From Bugula neritina (Eukaryota; Animalia; Bryozoa), in assembly GCA_964035545.1 (NCBI GenBank), contig OZ037767.1:383680-447679 (forward strand): DNA of 64,000 nucleotides, given 5' to 3'. Both the position numbers and the translations under genes were made by a program. Numbering within the stretch: position 1 is the first letter of the stretch; every line of letters starts with the position of its first letter. Positions 40,849 through 56,400 of this stretch are shown piece after piece. The notes below the pieces were generated by a model. It searched no databases. It saw nothing but the letters and a program-made list of their open reading frames with translations, and was not told where the DNA came from.

Positions 40849-42335
40849 TACTGTACGTGTGTTATTTTAGGATATTATTGTATCTCGGGAAGTCATCAAA
40901 CTGCACGACAGTATAGCCAGAAGTTATCCTAATATAAAGTTTATATTTGGATTTATCCCCCTTGACATGCCTGCCCAACCTGTAACCAAGCAACATCACA
41001 CCAATCTCACGAGTAAACAAGCGCGTGACATACTTTATCAAGTTATAAAAGGGCTGGGTTTGACACCCGAACATGTCCTGCCGAAGAACCCCGACACACG
41101 CTGGCAGGTTTTACCGCTGAAAGACACGTTACAGGTGAGTTATGTTTATGCTAGTGTAGTTATTATAACTTTCATTGGCACACATTTTACTCAGTGAGTC
41201 ATAACGTTCTAGCTGACACATTCAGTAATTAGCTGACACAGTGAGTCAAAACCTTTAAGTATACTCTGACTAGTGTATATTACTCAGGCTATGAGTATAC
41301 CCTGACTACTGTATATTACTCAGACTATGAGTGTACCCCTTACTAGTGTATATTACTCAGGCTATGAGTATACCCTGACTACTGTATATTACTCAGGCTA
41401 TGAGTATACCCTGACTACTGTATATTACTCAGACTATGAGTATACTCTGACTACTGTATATTACTCAGGCTATGAGTGTACCCCTTACTAGTGTATATTA
41501 CTCAGACTATGAGTATACCCCTTACTAGTGTATATTACTCAGGCTATGAGTGTACCCCTTACTAGTGTATATTACTCAGGCTATGAGTATACCCTTACTA
41601 GTGTATATTACTCAGACTATGAGTATACCCCTTACTACTGTATATTACTCAGACTATGAGTGTACCCCTTACTAGTGTATATTACTCAGGCTATGAGTAT
41701 ACCCCTTACTAGTGTATATTACTCAGGCTATGAGTGTACCCCTTACTACTGTATATTACTCAGACTATGAGTGTACCCCTTACTAGTGTATATTACTCAG
41801 GCTATGAGTATACCCCTTACTAGCGTATATTACTCAGGCTATGAGTGTACCCCTTACTAGTGTATATTACTCAGGCTATGAGTGTACCCCTTACTACTGT
41901 ATATTACTCAGGCTATGAGTGTACCCCTTACTAGTGTATATTACTCAGGCTATGAGTGTACCCCTTACTACTGTATATTACTCAGGCTATGAGTGTACCC
42001 CTGACCAGTGGCGCTATAGATCTGATATTACAGAAGATTCATATTGATGGTACAGTACGACCCAGGTATGTTATGATAACTCCTACTAACAATATATATT
42101 CAACTAAGCACAATGTAATATATAATTATATATAATATAATATGTAACTCATTGTATGGCAGAATATCTGATAGTTTATGATATACTGGAATATTATCTT
42201 GGTTACCCAGTACTTGTGCAGATTGAATATAATATACTTTCAATGCCACTGGTTGACTGTTTTAGTGAGATACTTTCCAGCAAAGACAAAATGAAATGCC
42301 GCAGCATCTTTCACCATACTGGCAAAGTTTGTTGA
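32666..42335 (+). CDS. Leucine-rich repeat protein, LRRC74-like (RI-type LRRs), about 14 exons
   Basis: IYVSTCKMLNIPVSK...INLKYHAL followed by LRR exons (LDISATGL, LDMSGNSF, LDLSWNQF, LNLSWNGL, LDITSNRI, VGKNPI). N-terminal exons and start codon are tentative. Confidence 0.75.
34930..35332. repeat. 23-27-bp repeat with variable C-run (TCTAC5-8ACCTTCTCTGGTAG), about 16 copies
   Basis: Direct reading, inside an intron of the LRR gene. Confidence 0.92.
36770..38762. repeat. 2-kb 9-bp minisatellite (ACACTRTAT) with higher-order blocks
   Basis: Direct reading; fills one intron; source of the 725-aa YTL ORF. Confidence 0.97.
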
Positions 42336-43025
42336 AATATCAGGCAGTTCACTTCCCGATGCTGCATACAGAATGCTGACACTATATACTGACACTATAT
42401 ACCGACACTATATACTGACACTATATACTGACACTATATACCGACACTATATACTGACACTATATACTGACACTATATACTGACACTATATACTGACACT
42501 ATATACTGACACTATATACTGACACTATATACCGACACTATATACTGACACTATATACAGAGTGCTGTGACTAATAACTATTTTATTTTCATCAATATAT
42601 AACATGCAAAGATAAAAATATCGTTAGATTATCAGCAACAAATATTATTTAAATATAAAAAATTTGAAGGTTGTTGAAAAGAGCACCTGTTACGGAAGTT
42701 AAAATCAAACACATGACGAGGCAGCAAGAAAGTTTGCCTAATTATGATAAAATTCTAATTTATTGCTACAGTAAACTATTTCTCCCTCGTAATTATGTTA
42801 AGCAATAGTATTATTCAGTGTATTATGGGAAATAAAAAATCTAACAATAAAATAATTATTAATTTTCTTGATGACTAAAAATATAAAAACGTGAATAAGT
42901 TTCCTATCCCTGTAAGAGTTGCCGTACCACAACTCTCAGAGGAGTAATACGAGTGTTGTTTGACTATCTCTGTGCATAGCTGAAAAGGTTGGCGTAGTAA
43001 TACAGGATATAGAGATGTGAGGTGG

Positions 43026-44450
43026 CTAGGCATAGTAACTGGGAGACACAAGGAGATTGGTGAGCACCACCAGCTGGTCATCCGTGAACTTCTGCTTATG
43101 GTCCATCCAGTTGTCGTGGTGAGTCCGTTTAAACTCTGAGAGCACGTCCTTCACTGTTTTCTACACAACAGATTATGAGTCAAGCATAATTAAATGACCA
43201 CGTGGGCTAGCGTTCAAAGAAACACAAATTAGTAGACATGTGACGTTCAATTTCTTCATTTTCAAAAATTTGAATCTTATTCTCATTTAAACTGAAAAAG
43301 TTGAGGAAAATTTCGCGACAGAATTTGCCAACAGAAGATAAGTACCTGGACAGGCTGAGGGTCATGGACGTGTGCACTGAGTATCATGAGTAACTCCGGT
43401 ATAAAGTTTGGTACGTCATACGGATACGCCCGCACTACAGCACCTAGCCCTAGCAGCCCAGTGTGGCATTGCTGCAATCTCTCAGATTTATTGTTCTTAG
43501 ATTTCAGTTTGACATCCGCCAACCTCTTAAAATGTTTCTGTAAGACGAGATGAGATAACTCTAGTATATAATATAATATACTATAATCTAATACAACTCT
43601 CTTACTAGTAATATCTAATATAATATAATATAATACAACTCTCTTACTAGTAATATATAATAGAATATAATATAACACAACTCTCTCACTAGTAATATAT
43701 AATATAATATAATATAATACAACTCTCTCACTAGTAATATATAATATAATATAATATAATACAACTCTCTCACTAGTAATATATAATATAATATAATATA
43801 ATTCAACTCTCTCACTAGTAATATATAATATAATATAATATAATACAACTCTCTTACTAGTAATATCTAATATAATATAATATAATATAATATAATACAA
43901 CTCTCTCACTAGTAATATATAATATAATATAATATAATATAACTCTCTCACTAGTAATATATAATATAATATAATATATAATATAATTCAACTCTCTCAC
44001 TAGTAATATATAATATAATATAATTCAACTCTCTCACTAGTAATATATAATATAATATAATATAATATAATTCAACTCTCTCACTAGTAATATGCCGTCA
44101 TCAAGCTTGAAGAAGCGACACTGAATCCCTCCACTCAGTGTGGTGGCTGCCGCCAGTTTCACTTCTAACCGCTCATCGGAGAGGAGATGTACGACGATAT
44201 CCTGTATCTGCGAGGTGTAGTCTGAAAGCGTGAACTGATTGAGGAATATCATGGGTTGGAGCAGCTCCAACACGGTGGTGCGTGCGTGCCATGACTCCAG
44301 GCCAATCGCCTCCTGAAATAGTAATCAACACATAAGACTTGCACCTAGAACATGCGTTAGAGGGTACAAATACAAGAGAGAGGGGGAGAGAGAGAGAGAG
44401 GGGGGAGGGAGAGAGAGGGGGAGAGAGAGGGAGGGGGAGAGAGAGGGGGG

Positions 44451-44497
<47 letters not shown>

Positions 44498-47400
44498 GGA
44501 GAGAGAGGGGGAGAGAGAGAGGGAGGGGGCGGGGGTAGACGTACCTTTATGACGTGTATGAAGTCAGACACTAGCTCCTGAGGTAGCAGCGTTTTACTCA
44601 TGTACTTGACGGCATTCTGAGCAAGAGAACGTAACTCCGGGTCACTGTAGTTAGCTGTATGCGGGCAAATCTACCAACCATACACACAGTATACCATATC
44701 ACAGTGTATCATATCACAGTATATCATATCACAGTATATCATATCACAGTGTATCATATCACAGTGTATCATATCAACACTATATCATATCAACACTATA
44801 TCATATCACAGTATATCATATCATAGTATATCATATCAACACTATATCATATCAACACTATATCATATCAACACTATATCATATCACAGTATATCATATC
44901 ACAGTGTATCATATCAACACTATATCATATCACAGTATATCATATCACAGTATATCATATCACAGTGTATCATATCACAGTATATCATATCACAGTATAT
45001 CATATCACAGTGTATCATATCACAGTGTATCATATCACAGTATATCATATCACAGTATATCATATCACAGTGTATCATATCATATCAGACTAGGCTGAGA
45101 CTCACAATGGGTATAAACTTGAGGATCTCAGGAGTCCATTTCTGGTACATTGTGTATCTCTCAAAGTTGGAGTGTAACCATGACAACACTACAACACGTT
45201 AGAGTGATACTGTAACCATGACAACACTACAACACGTTAGAGTAATACTGTAACCATAACAACACGTTAGAGTAATACTGTAACCATGACAACACTATAC
45301 ACTGAGCCCAACCTGTTTTGAATATCAACTTCTTCCTGCTATTCTCCGACCGTTCTTCAACCTCCATGTTAGTTTCCAGCTCCAAGACCTCTATGGCCGC
45401 CAGGGCACTGCTCACAACACCCAGGGTCGACTCCTCACTAGAGGGCGTGTCCTTGCCACTAGTGGGTGTGTCCAAGCCACTGGTGGGCGTGGCCAAGCCA
45501 GTGACAGGCGTGGCTGCGTTACTGTCACTGTCAGAGGTTGCACCTAGCTCCTTATCCGTACTCTCCTCGAGCTCTTTGACTAGAGGCAGCACGCTGTTGA
45601 TGAGGTCAGCTCTGTTGGGGTTGTGCCAGCAGTGTTTGTCCACGTAGGGAATATCAAATATGTAGCAGGAGCAGAGCACGCTACAAGAGAGGAGTTACCA
45701 ATACTAATATATGCTACAGTGTAGTCAGTGTAGTCACATGTCACACTCATGACCCTAAACTGACCTTCCCAGCCTCGTTCTGATGGACTTGAATGGACAG
45801 GCCAGCCTCTCTTTGATCAACTCCGTGGTATACGCATTCAGTTCCGGTATTCTCCACTGCTGCTGGCCGAGAGCCGCCTGCAGGAAGTAGAGACGAGAAG
45901 ACGTCTGCAGGGACGTGGCGCTGGATGAGTCATGGTCCACAGTCTGTACTTCCTCTAAGAGAAACTGGTAGAGTCGGTAGAGCTTCTTCGGCTCTCTATC
46001 TTCCTGTTTATATATAATACTACAGTGTGACTATACAACACTAGTACATACTACAGTGTGACTATACAATACTAGGATATACTACAGTGTGACTATACAA
46101 TACTAGTATATACTACAGTGTGACTATACAATACTAGTATACACTACAGTGTGACTATACAATACTAGTATATACTACAGTGTGACTATACAATACTAGT
46201 ATATACTACAGTGTGACTATACAATACTAGTATATACTACAGTGTGACTATACAATACTAGTGCACACTCACACAGCACGTTGCTATGGACGTTCCCCAG
46301 TGAGTTATGGCCTCGTCAGACACGTTAGTGATGGCTTTCTTTACCGTAGGCAATAGCCAATCAAATAGCTCATTCATCTACAACACATCACATCCTGTGC
46401 ATCTCCCGTGTATATCACGACATATATAACATGCTGAACTCTGATTGGCTGAAGACTGACCTGGCTGAAAGACCAGTACTTTGACCCTCTCACCACTCCG
46501 GCCACAAACTCTGCCACAAGACGCTGCCGACTAGACTCTGTCAGGTGGTCCGTGTCTGACTGCAGCTTTGCTATTGCTGCCTTACAGCACTCCACTATCG
46601 CTGGCCCATAATTCCTTGCTAGCGCCTGAAATAAACAGCAGGAAGGTATGACAACTCTGCATACAAGAACTCTTGGAGGGTTCAGTGTTTCAGGATAGAA
46701 TAGACTGAGCACCTTGAAGAAGGAGTAGGTTGAGTTGCTGAACTTGTCCTTTTCGCGGTCCTGCAAGGAGAGGTACTTGAACAGAGTCAAGGTGAAGGTC
46801 GCGTCTGAGAAACAAGTGTAGATCAGCCTCTGTACTTCCGGCAACTCACTCGGGGACGGGGGAGGGTGACTCCGCGTTATGGGAACTTTACTGCAATACA
46901 CATTTGTATACACTACTAACTACATGTATACACTACTAACTACATGTATACACTACTAACTACATGTATACAATACTAACTACATGTATACAATACTAAC
47001 TACATGTATACACTACTAACTACGTGTATACAATACTAACTACGTGTATACAATACTAACTACATGTATACAATACTAACTACGTGTATACACTACTAAC
47101 TACGTGTATACAATACTAACTACGTGTATACACTACTAACTACGTGTATACAATACTAACTACATGTATACAATACTAACTACATGTATACACTACTAAC
47201 TACATGTATACACTACTAACTACATGTATACAATACTAACTACATGTATACACTACTAACTACATGTATACACTACTAACTACATGTATACAATACTAAC
47301 TACGTGTATACAATACCAACTACGTGTATACACTACCAACTACATGTATACACTACTAACTACGTGTATACACTACTAAATACGTGTATACTCTACTAAC

Positions 47401-50400
47401 TACGTGTATACACTACTAACTACGTGTATACACTACTAACTACGTGTATACAATACTAACTACGTGTATACACTACTAACTACGTGTATACACTACTAAC
47501 TACGTGTATACACTACTAACTACGTGTATACACTACTAACTACGTGTATACACTACTAACTACGTGTATACACTACTAACTACGTGTATACACTACTAAC
47601 TACGTGTATACACTACTAACTACGTGTATACACTACTAACTACGTGTATACACTACTAACTACGTGTATACAATACCAACTACGTGTATACACTAATAAC
47701 TACATGTATACACTACTAACTACGTGTATACAATACCAACTACAGTGCTACCAACTCACTCTGGCCAGTGCTTACATCCCCAATACGTCTTCTCAACAAA
47801 GTTAGTCTCCGCCCACTTCTCCTCTGTATCTGGCACGTTGTTGGGATCGTACTGTAGAGCTGTGTAACCTTTGAACTCTGTACTGGCCACATACTCCTTA
47901 GGGTGTTTCCCTTTGTGATGGAAGAGAATTCCTGTCACTACCCCAATAGCCAGCTAAACAAATGTATTACATATATTATACCTGTACTACATATATTATA
48001 CCTGTATTACATATATTATACCTGTATTACATATACTATACCTGTACTACATATACTATACCTGTATTCCATATATTATACCTGTATTACATATATTATA
48101 CCTGTATTACATATATTATACCTGTATTACATATATTATACCTGTATTACATATACTATACCTGTATTACATATACTATACCTGTATTCCATATATTATA
48201 CCTGTATTACATATATTATACCTGTATTACATATATTATACCTGTATTACATATATTATACCTGTACTACATATATTATACTTGTACTACATGTACTATA
48301 CCTGTATTCCATATATTATACCTGTATTACATATATTATACCTGCACTATATATATTATACCTGTACTACATATATTATACCTTTCTAACTGATACAGCA
48401 TCATCTATTAGACTCCTAGAGAAAAGATCAACTTCCTGTACAGTTGGGTCAAGGTCATTTCTTTGAAGGAAAGCCACTAACTCCATCGCAAACTCTTTGT
48501 GTTTCCATTGTCTGTCATGTGATAATATACATTGTAATACACTGTAATACGCTGTAACACACTGTAATACATTGTAATACACAGTAATACACAGTAATAC
48601 ACTGTAATACACTGTAATACGCTGTAATACACTGTAATACGCTGTAATACACAGTAATACACTGTAATACACAGTAATACACTGTAATACGCTGTAATAC
48701 ACTGTAATACACAGTAATACACTGTAATACACAGTAATACACTGTAATACGCTGTAATACACTGTAACCCACTGTAATACACTACATACTATAATAGGAG
48801 TAATACAACTCACAACACGTCTGCATGTATCAGTGACATCAGCTCATCTCTAAGTTCCACAAACATTCCTCTATACTTCTCAGTACGGACTCTGGCAGCA
48901 CTCTCTCCCGCTGCCAGATCCAACTCTACACGCTGACTCAGTTTACTCTGGATGACTTGAGCGGCTGACTTTGACCCCTCAGTGACCTTGAGTTTATTCA
49001 TATGAAAACACTAGTTGTCTATAATGTTGATTATATATAATTCCATACACATGGCTGAAAGGGGATTAACTACTAATTCACAATAGGCCTACTGCATACA
49101 ATAGAATAAGGGAGTAACACAAATGAGAGTATACAGCACCAGGGGGCAGTGCATTCACAGGAAATGTGAAGAACTCACAGGAAATGTGAAGTACTCACAG
49201 GAAATGTGAAGTACTCAGAGGAAATGTGAAGTACTCAGAGGAAATGTGAAGTACTCACAGGAAATGTGAAGTACTCACAGGAAATGTGAAGAACTCACAG
49301 GAAATGTGAAGTACTCACAGGAAATGTGAAGTACTCACAGGAAATGTGAAGTACTCACAGGAAATGTGAAGTACTCACAGGAAATGTGAAGTACTCACAG
49401 GAAATGTGAAGTACTCACAGGAAATGTGAAGTACTCACAGGAAATGTGAAGAACTCACAGGAAATGTGAAGTACTCACAGGAAATGTGAAGTACTCACAG
49501 GAAATGTGAAGTGGTTGGTCTCGTAGTGCTTCTCTATCTTCTTGATGATTTTGTCTACGAGTAGTTGTATGTTGGGCTTCTCGCTGTGCTGCGCCTGAAT
49601 GATTGCCGGCCAGAGCTGTCGCTGTACGACCGTGTCTCTGAGGACAGCTAGGGAGTAGTAGGGGCTGGTCATACTGCCCTCCGCATTGTACACCAGACCC
49701 AGGGCCCCCTGGCAACAGAAGAATAGAGTATTATATAGTACTATACTGTAGTATTGTATGTATAATACTATACTGTAGTATTGTATATATAATACTATAC
49801 TGTAGTATTGTATATATAATACTATACTGTAGTATTGTATGTATAATACTATACTGTAGTATTGTATATATAATACTATACTGTAGTATTGTATGTACAG
49901 TACTATACTGTAGTATTGTATGTATAATACTATACTGTAGTATTGTATGTATAGTACTATACTGTAGTATTGTATGTATAGTACTATACTGTAGTATTGT
50001 ATGTATAGTACTATACTGTAGTATTGTATGTATAATACTATACTGTAGTATTGTATGTATAGTACTATACTGTAGTATTGTATATATAATACTATACTGT
50101 AGTATTGTTATGTGTACAAAATATTGACCTTGAACTGCTCCTCGGTGACCTCTGGGGGCGGAGTTATGAGTAGTTTACATATATCCGGCACAATGACTCT
50201 CTGGGAAGACTTAAACTCTTGGAAACACTTTGCCAGCACTCTGCGTGACATGCTTTGGACCTGTATTACACAGTATAGAGTATGTATTACACAGTATAGA
50301 GTATGTATTACACAGTATAGAGTAGGTATTACACAGTATAGAGTAGGTATTACACAGTATAGAGTATGTATTACACAGTATAGAGTATGTATTACACAGT

Positions 50401-53400
50401 ATAGAGTATGTATTACACAGTATAGAGTATGTATTACACAGTATAGAGTATGTATTACACAGTATAGAGTATGTATTACACAGTATAGAGTATGTATTAC
50501 ACAGTATAGAGTATGTATTACACAGTATAGAGTATGTATTACACAGTATAGAGTATGTATTACACAGTATAGAGTATGTATTATACATAAACATATATAG
50601 AGAGGGAGATGTAGGAAAGGAAAGACAACTCACATCTTCGTACCGACTTGTAGCTAGCAGTACAAGGTCGTTGTATATTGTGGCGTGAAGCTGAGTGAAG
50701 GGGTCAAAGTCTGACTGAAGGTGAATCATCCTACATAGCTGTACGTATGCACACTCTACGTGTACCATCCTCACCTGACTACCTGCCAGGTGCAGCTGTA
50801 ATACAGTACAGTATATGCTATTACAGTATATTATATGCTATTACAGTATATTATATGTTATTACAGTATATTATATGTTATTACAGTATATTATATGTTA
50901 TTACAGTATATTATATGTTATTACAGTATATTATATGTTATTACAGTATATTATATGTTATTACAGTATATTATATGTTATTACAGTATATTATATGTTA
51001 TTACAGTATATTATATGTTATTACAGTATATTATACGTTATTACAGTATATTATATGTTATTACAGTATACTACAAGTGGATACACTCACAGGGTGCCCC
51101 AAAGAGTGTTTAATTGTCTTCACATTTTTAGCTCTCTGGTTGACATTCTCAATCTCAACACCAAAGTTGAGAAGGAGGCTGGCGTATATGACAGCGATGA
51201 TGGAGAGGGGCTTAGCTGAGTCATCCTTAGACAGCAACCTTACTGTAGACAGTATAGATATAGAATATGAAGTATAAATATAGAATATAAAATATAGAAT
51301 ACATAGCATAAATATAGAATATAGAGTATATAATATAGAGTATATAATATAGTATAGAGTATATAATATAGAGTATATAATATAGAGTATAGAGTATAGA
51401 ATATAGAGTATATAATATAGAGTATAGAATATAGAGTATATAATATAGAGTATATAATATAGAGTATAGAGTATAGAATATAGAGTATAGAATATAGAGT
51501 ATATAATATAGAGTATAGAGTATAGAATATAGAGTATATAATATAGAGTATATAATATAGTATAGAGTATATAATATAGTGTATAGAGTATATAATATAG
51601 AGTATAGAGTATAGAATATAGAGTATATAGTATAGAGTATAGAATATAGAGTATAGAATATAGAGTATAGAATATAGAGTATAGAATATAGAGTATAAAT
51701 ACCCATTAAAGGATGAATAGTCTGCATGACTCTGTTTCTAGTATTCTCTCCCTCAAGTGTGACAGTAAATTGAGTTATTCTATGTTGAACCTGGTAACGG
51801 GTTGTGTCTACCGTCCCCTCACTCTCTCTGCCAACAAAGATCACATGGCTATACTCACTCACAGCACCACACAGACTAGTCATTCCATAGGATAGCCTGA
51901 GTAACTCAACACACAACATCACACAGAATAGTCATTCCACAGAATAGCCTGAGTAACTCAACTCACAGCACCACACAGAATAGTCATTCCACAGAATAGC
52001 CTGAGTAACTCACATGACATGTGGATCAGACTGGAACGTGGGCAGATACAGCCCGATATTCTTGAGACAATCGGCTATGATTTTTAGTCTGCGCTGCAGA
52101 TCTTCCCTGCCACAGTCCACATTTTCATCCAGGTATTTCAACTCGGGGAGTAAAAACCTGGTGAAAGCGTCCTGAATAGTATTGAGAGCTTCCGAGGTTG
52201 GTATGTGCCAGTCAACCGTGACTTGAGAGAGCGTGGGGGCAAATCCCCAGTCCTGTTATAAACAAATGTGTGTAGAGTAGAGTAACACTCACTCTGATAG
52301 GTGGATATCACGGCGAGGTATGTTATACTCACTCTGATAGGTGGATATCACGGCGAGGTATGTTATACTCACTCTGATAGGTGGATATCAAGGCGAGGTA
52401 TGTTATACTCACTCTGATAGGTGGATATCACGGCGAGGTATGTTATACTCACTCTGATAGGTGGATATCACGGCGAGGTATGTTATACTCAATCTGATAG
52501 GTGGATATCACGGCGAGGTATGTTACACTCACTCTGATAGGTGGATATCACGGCGAGGTATGTTATACTCACTCTGATAGGTAGATATTGAGAAAGAGGC
52601 TGGTCAAGGTCATGCTCTATACTGCGGAGGTCGTTAGGGTAAATGCCCCCGACTGTCTTGATGAACCTCTCTAGAAGGGAACAAGAGAAGAGATGTCCAG
52701 TAGTGTTGGTCATGTGCAAAGTTCTGTCTAGCACCTTGCTGATGTCTTCAGTGTACGGCAGCAACACGCTGCCTGTGACCAGCATACACTGAAATAGAAA
52801 CAGCACGCAGTCTCAGTGAATGACTAGTACTACACCTTACCCACCACCTACTGTTCCCCCTGCTGTAGTAGTACTAGTAGTAGTAGTACTAGTAGTACAC
52901 TGTGAGCATCAACATCTACACACCTCTGAGATGAGAAGAAGGTTCCAGAGAAGAGCGTTGTCAGGTCTTTCGTCCGTACACACGTCTGCATCTGAATCAA
53001 ACAGGATATCACTACGCCATCACAACAAAAACTGCAACAATTTGATAAGCTGTGAGCACCTCACACTGTTAAGAGTATACAGTACAGAGGAAACAGGATA
53101 CAGGAAATAGCATAGACTTACTGTTGGTGAGATCTAGAATGTTCTTACAGCAGTGAGGTATAATATGAGGGAGTGAAAGGGAAGGCTGAGCCTTCACCAT
53201 ACCATACACAAGAGCGGTGACCAACTTGCCAGCCACCAGCACCTCAAACACTCTGTTGGATATGTAGTTCCACACCTTCTCAAACGACAGCTGAAAATAT
53301 ACATCATGTTGTCATACAGCTGACTCTAGAGCAGTATTAATCTATTAATAGAACAGGATATGATGTAACAGACCTTGAAGAGAGAGCGAGACATCTGCTG

Positions 53401-56400
53401 GAACAAGGATATGGAGGCTGTCTTTAACACGCTCTCTATCATAGCTTCCATCATACTAGAGCGAGATCTAGCAGCTGCGGACTCGTGGTGGTCCAGTGCC
53501 AGTCCCTCAATCAGTATGAATATCCTGCAGAAATATTAACTCAATCTCACTGACTAATCACTCAATCTCACTGACTAATCACTCAGTCTCACTGAGTAAT
53601 CACTCAGTCTCACTGAGTGATTACTCAGTCTCACTGAGTAATAACTCAATCTCACTGAGTAATCACTCAATCTCACGATTATCGTTAGGCATCACAAATC
53701 TTCAACGCTTTTTTCTAAAATTCAACAATTTATATAGTTGTAACATTTATTATTATTTAATCATTTATTTGAATTCTTGGTCCACCAGTACATACATATA
53801 TAAACCACTTGACAGGCTTTTCTTCCTAGTAAATTGTGCATAACTAACTGTAGTAGTTAGTAGTACTAGTACTAGTAGTTAGTAGTAGTAGTAGTATTAG
53901 TACTAGTAGTAACACCTGTCTATGAAGATAAATATGAAGTCCTGCAACTGGGCAGTCTGGGAACACAACTCCCGTTCCAACTCTGACAGGTCAGTTCTTT
54001 GCAGATGAGCCTCAGAACAATCAGCTAGAGGAGTGAGTGCAGACAGCATGGTGATGAGTTGAAACGTAGACTGTAACAAAGAGATAGTAATATAATCAGT
54101 TGAAACGTAGACTGTTCTGTAGGCTGTAGAATGTTAGGCAGAGTGTAGTAATACTCACCACTGTCTTACTGCTATCATTAGAGTCTATGCCAGGCAGGCA
54201 GAGCTGGAGCAGAGGGATAACCTGTAGCCTGCCCTCAGGGTACGAGTCAGTGCAGGTGACGAGGGCTCTACACACAGCTATCGTACCCAGGAGGGTAGCC
54301 TTCAGTCTGTGAGGCTCTGTTAGGTTCTCTAAGGCTTGATATAAGCTACGATATACAGTATGACAGATGAGTATACGATATACAGTATGACAGATGAGTA
54401 TACGATATACAGTATGACAGATGAGTATACATATACAGTATGACAGATGAGTAGGAATACTGAGTGAACTTATGCCTTATATTACTCAACAATCTGGCTA
54501 TCATACCTGACGCTAAACTTACTTTTCAAGGTGCAGAGGTAGAAGTTTTTCAGGACGAAGGAAGGCGAGATTAAAGAGACATGATGTCATATCCTGAGGG
54601 CCGTGTTTACTGAAGAGTCCGGTGAATATGAGGGGTTTGACCAGGTCGACAAACTGCGAGATCTGATCATCAGTTAGCCTCATTTCCCTAGGTACGTAGT
54701 TGTCCCATGTAGGTTTCTTGTACCTAGTGAGTAGTAATATATTATTACTATATGCAGCGTATAGTAATATAATACTACTATATGCAGCAATAGTAATGTA
54801 AGACTACTATACGTTATATTACATTCACAACACTACTATATGGTATATCATAGTGTAAGACTCACCTCTCTAGTTTCACTCTAGCAGTGAAGAGTTGACA
54901 AAGTTTGGAAATAGCCCCGTGCAGTCCCCTCTGAGACCAGCCGTGGTTGCTGGGGTGGAGGAACGGCTCGACTGTGTGCAGGAACTGGGCTATGTGAGCC
55001 ATGGCGCTGTTGGTGGGCGTTACCATGGCAACTACCCAGAGGAAGACGGACGAGAACTCGTAGGAGGGGTCAGCGTGTGACAGCTGGTACTTGGCCGGCC
55101 CAACCGGCAGCCCAAACGCTCTCAGGATACGAGCAAATATCTAGACAGACAGACAGACGTGTAACAGGAAGTGTATTGCAGTGTACACAATACGTCAGCT
55201 AGGGATACTGTAATGATACTGTAGTGATACCGTAGTTATACTGTAGTGATACTGTAGTGACACTGTAGTGACACTGTGGTGATACTGTAGTGACACTGTA
55301 GTGGTCCTGTAGTGACACTGTAGTGACACTGTAGTGACACTGTAGTGATCCTGTAGTGATACTGTAGTGATACTGTAGTGACACTGTAGTGACACTGTAG
55401 TGACACTGTAGTGATACTGTAGTGACACTGTAGTGACACTGTAGTGGTCCTGTAGTGACACTGTAGTGACACTGTAGTGGTCCTGTAGTGACACTGTAGT
55501 GACACTGTAGTGATCCTGTAGTGATACCGTAGTGATACCGTAGTGATACCGTAGTGACACTGTAGTAATACCGTAGTGATACCGTAGTGATACTGTAGTA
55601 ATACCGTAGTGATACTGTAGTGACACTGTAGTGATACCGTAGTGATACCGTAGTGATACTGTAGTGACACTGTAGTGATACTGTAGTGATACTGTAGTGA
55701 TACGGTAGTGATACTGTAGTGACACTGTAGTGATACTGTAGTGATACTGTAGCTAATACTCACGTGGGGGATGTGAGGTTCCCAGTCTATCAATCCGATA
55801 TTGTGTCCGGACAGTCTGGAGAACAGGCTTAGAATTTTCTGCAATATGTACATACGTGTAAGTAACAATATGATGGTATATAATACGTACATACGTGTAA
55901 GTAACAATATGATGATATATAATACATAATACATACATACGTGTAAGTAACAATATGATGGTATATAATACATACATACGTGTAAGTAACAATATGATGG
56001 TATATAATATATAATATATAATATGTACATACATAGTAACAATATATAATACATACATACGTGTAAGTAACAATATGGTATATAATACATACATACGTGT
56101 AAGTAACAATATGATGGTATATAATACATACATACGTGTAAGTAACAATATGATGGTATATAATATATAATATGTACATATGTGTAAGCAACAATATAAT
56201 AAAGTATAGGAACATAAACTTACAGATTCCCAGCCAAGTCTGGACCCGTCCAGATTGACATATATTCCCATAAACTCATCAAACCACAGCCTTCAAGTAT
56301 ATTCAATACAATATTTAGTATACAGTATTATATTGTGTATCTAGCTTTACAGAGCTCTACAGAGCTCTACAGAGCTCTACAGAGCTCTACAGTTACTCTG

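Noticed and set aside
46910-47745. About 40 copies of the TACTAAC branch-point consensus
   Set aside because: On the + strand, antisense to PSME4, so absent from its pre-mRNA.
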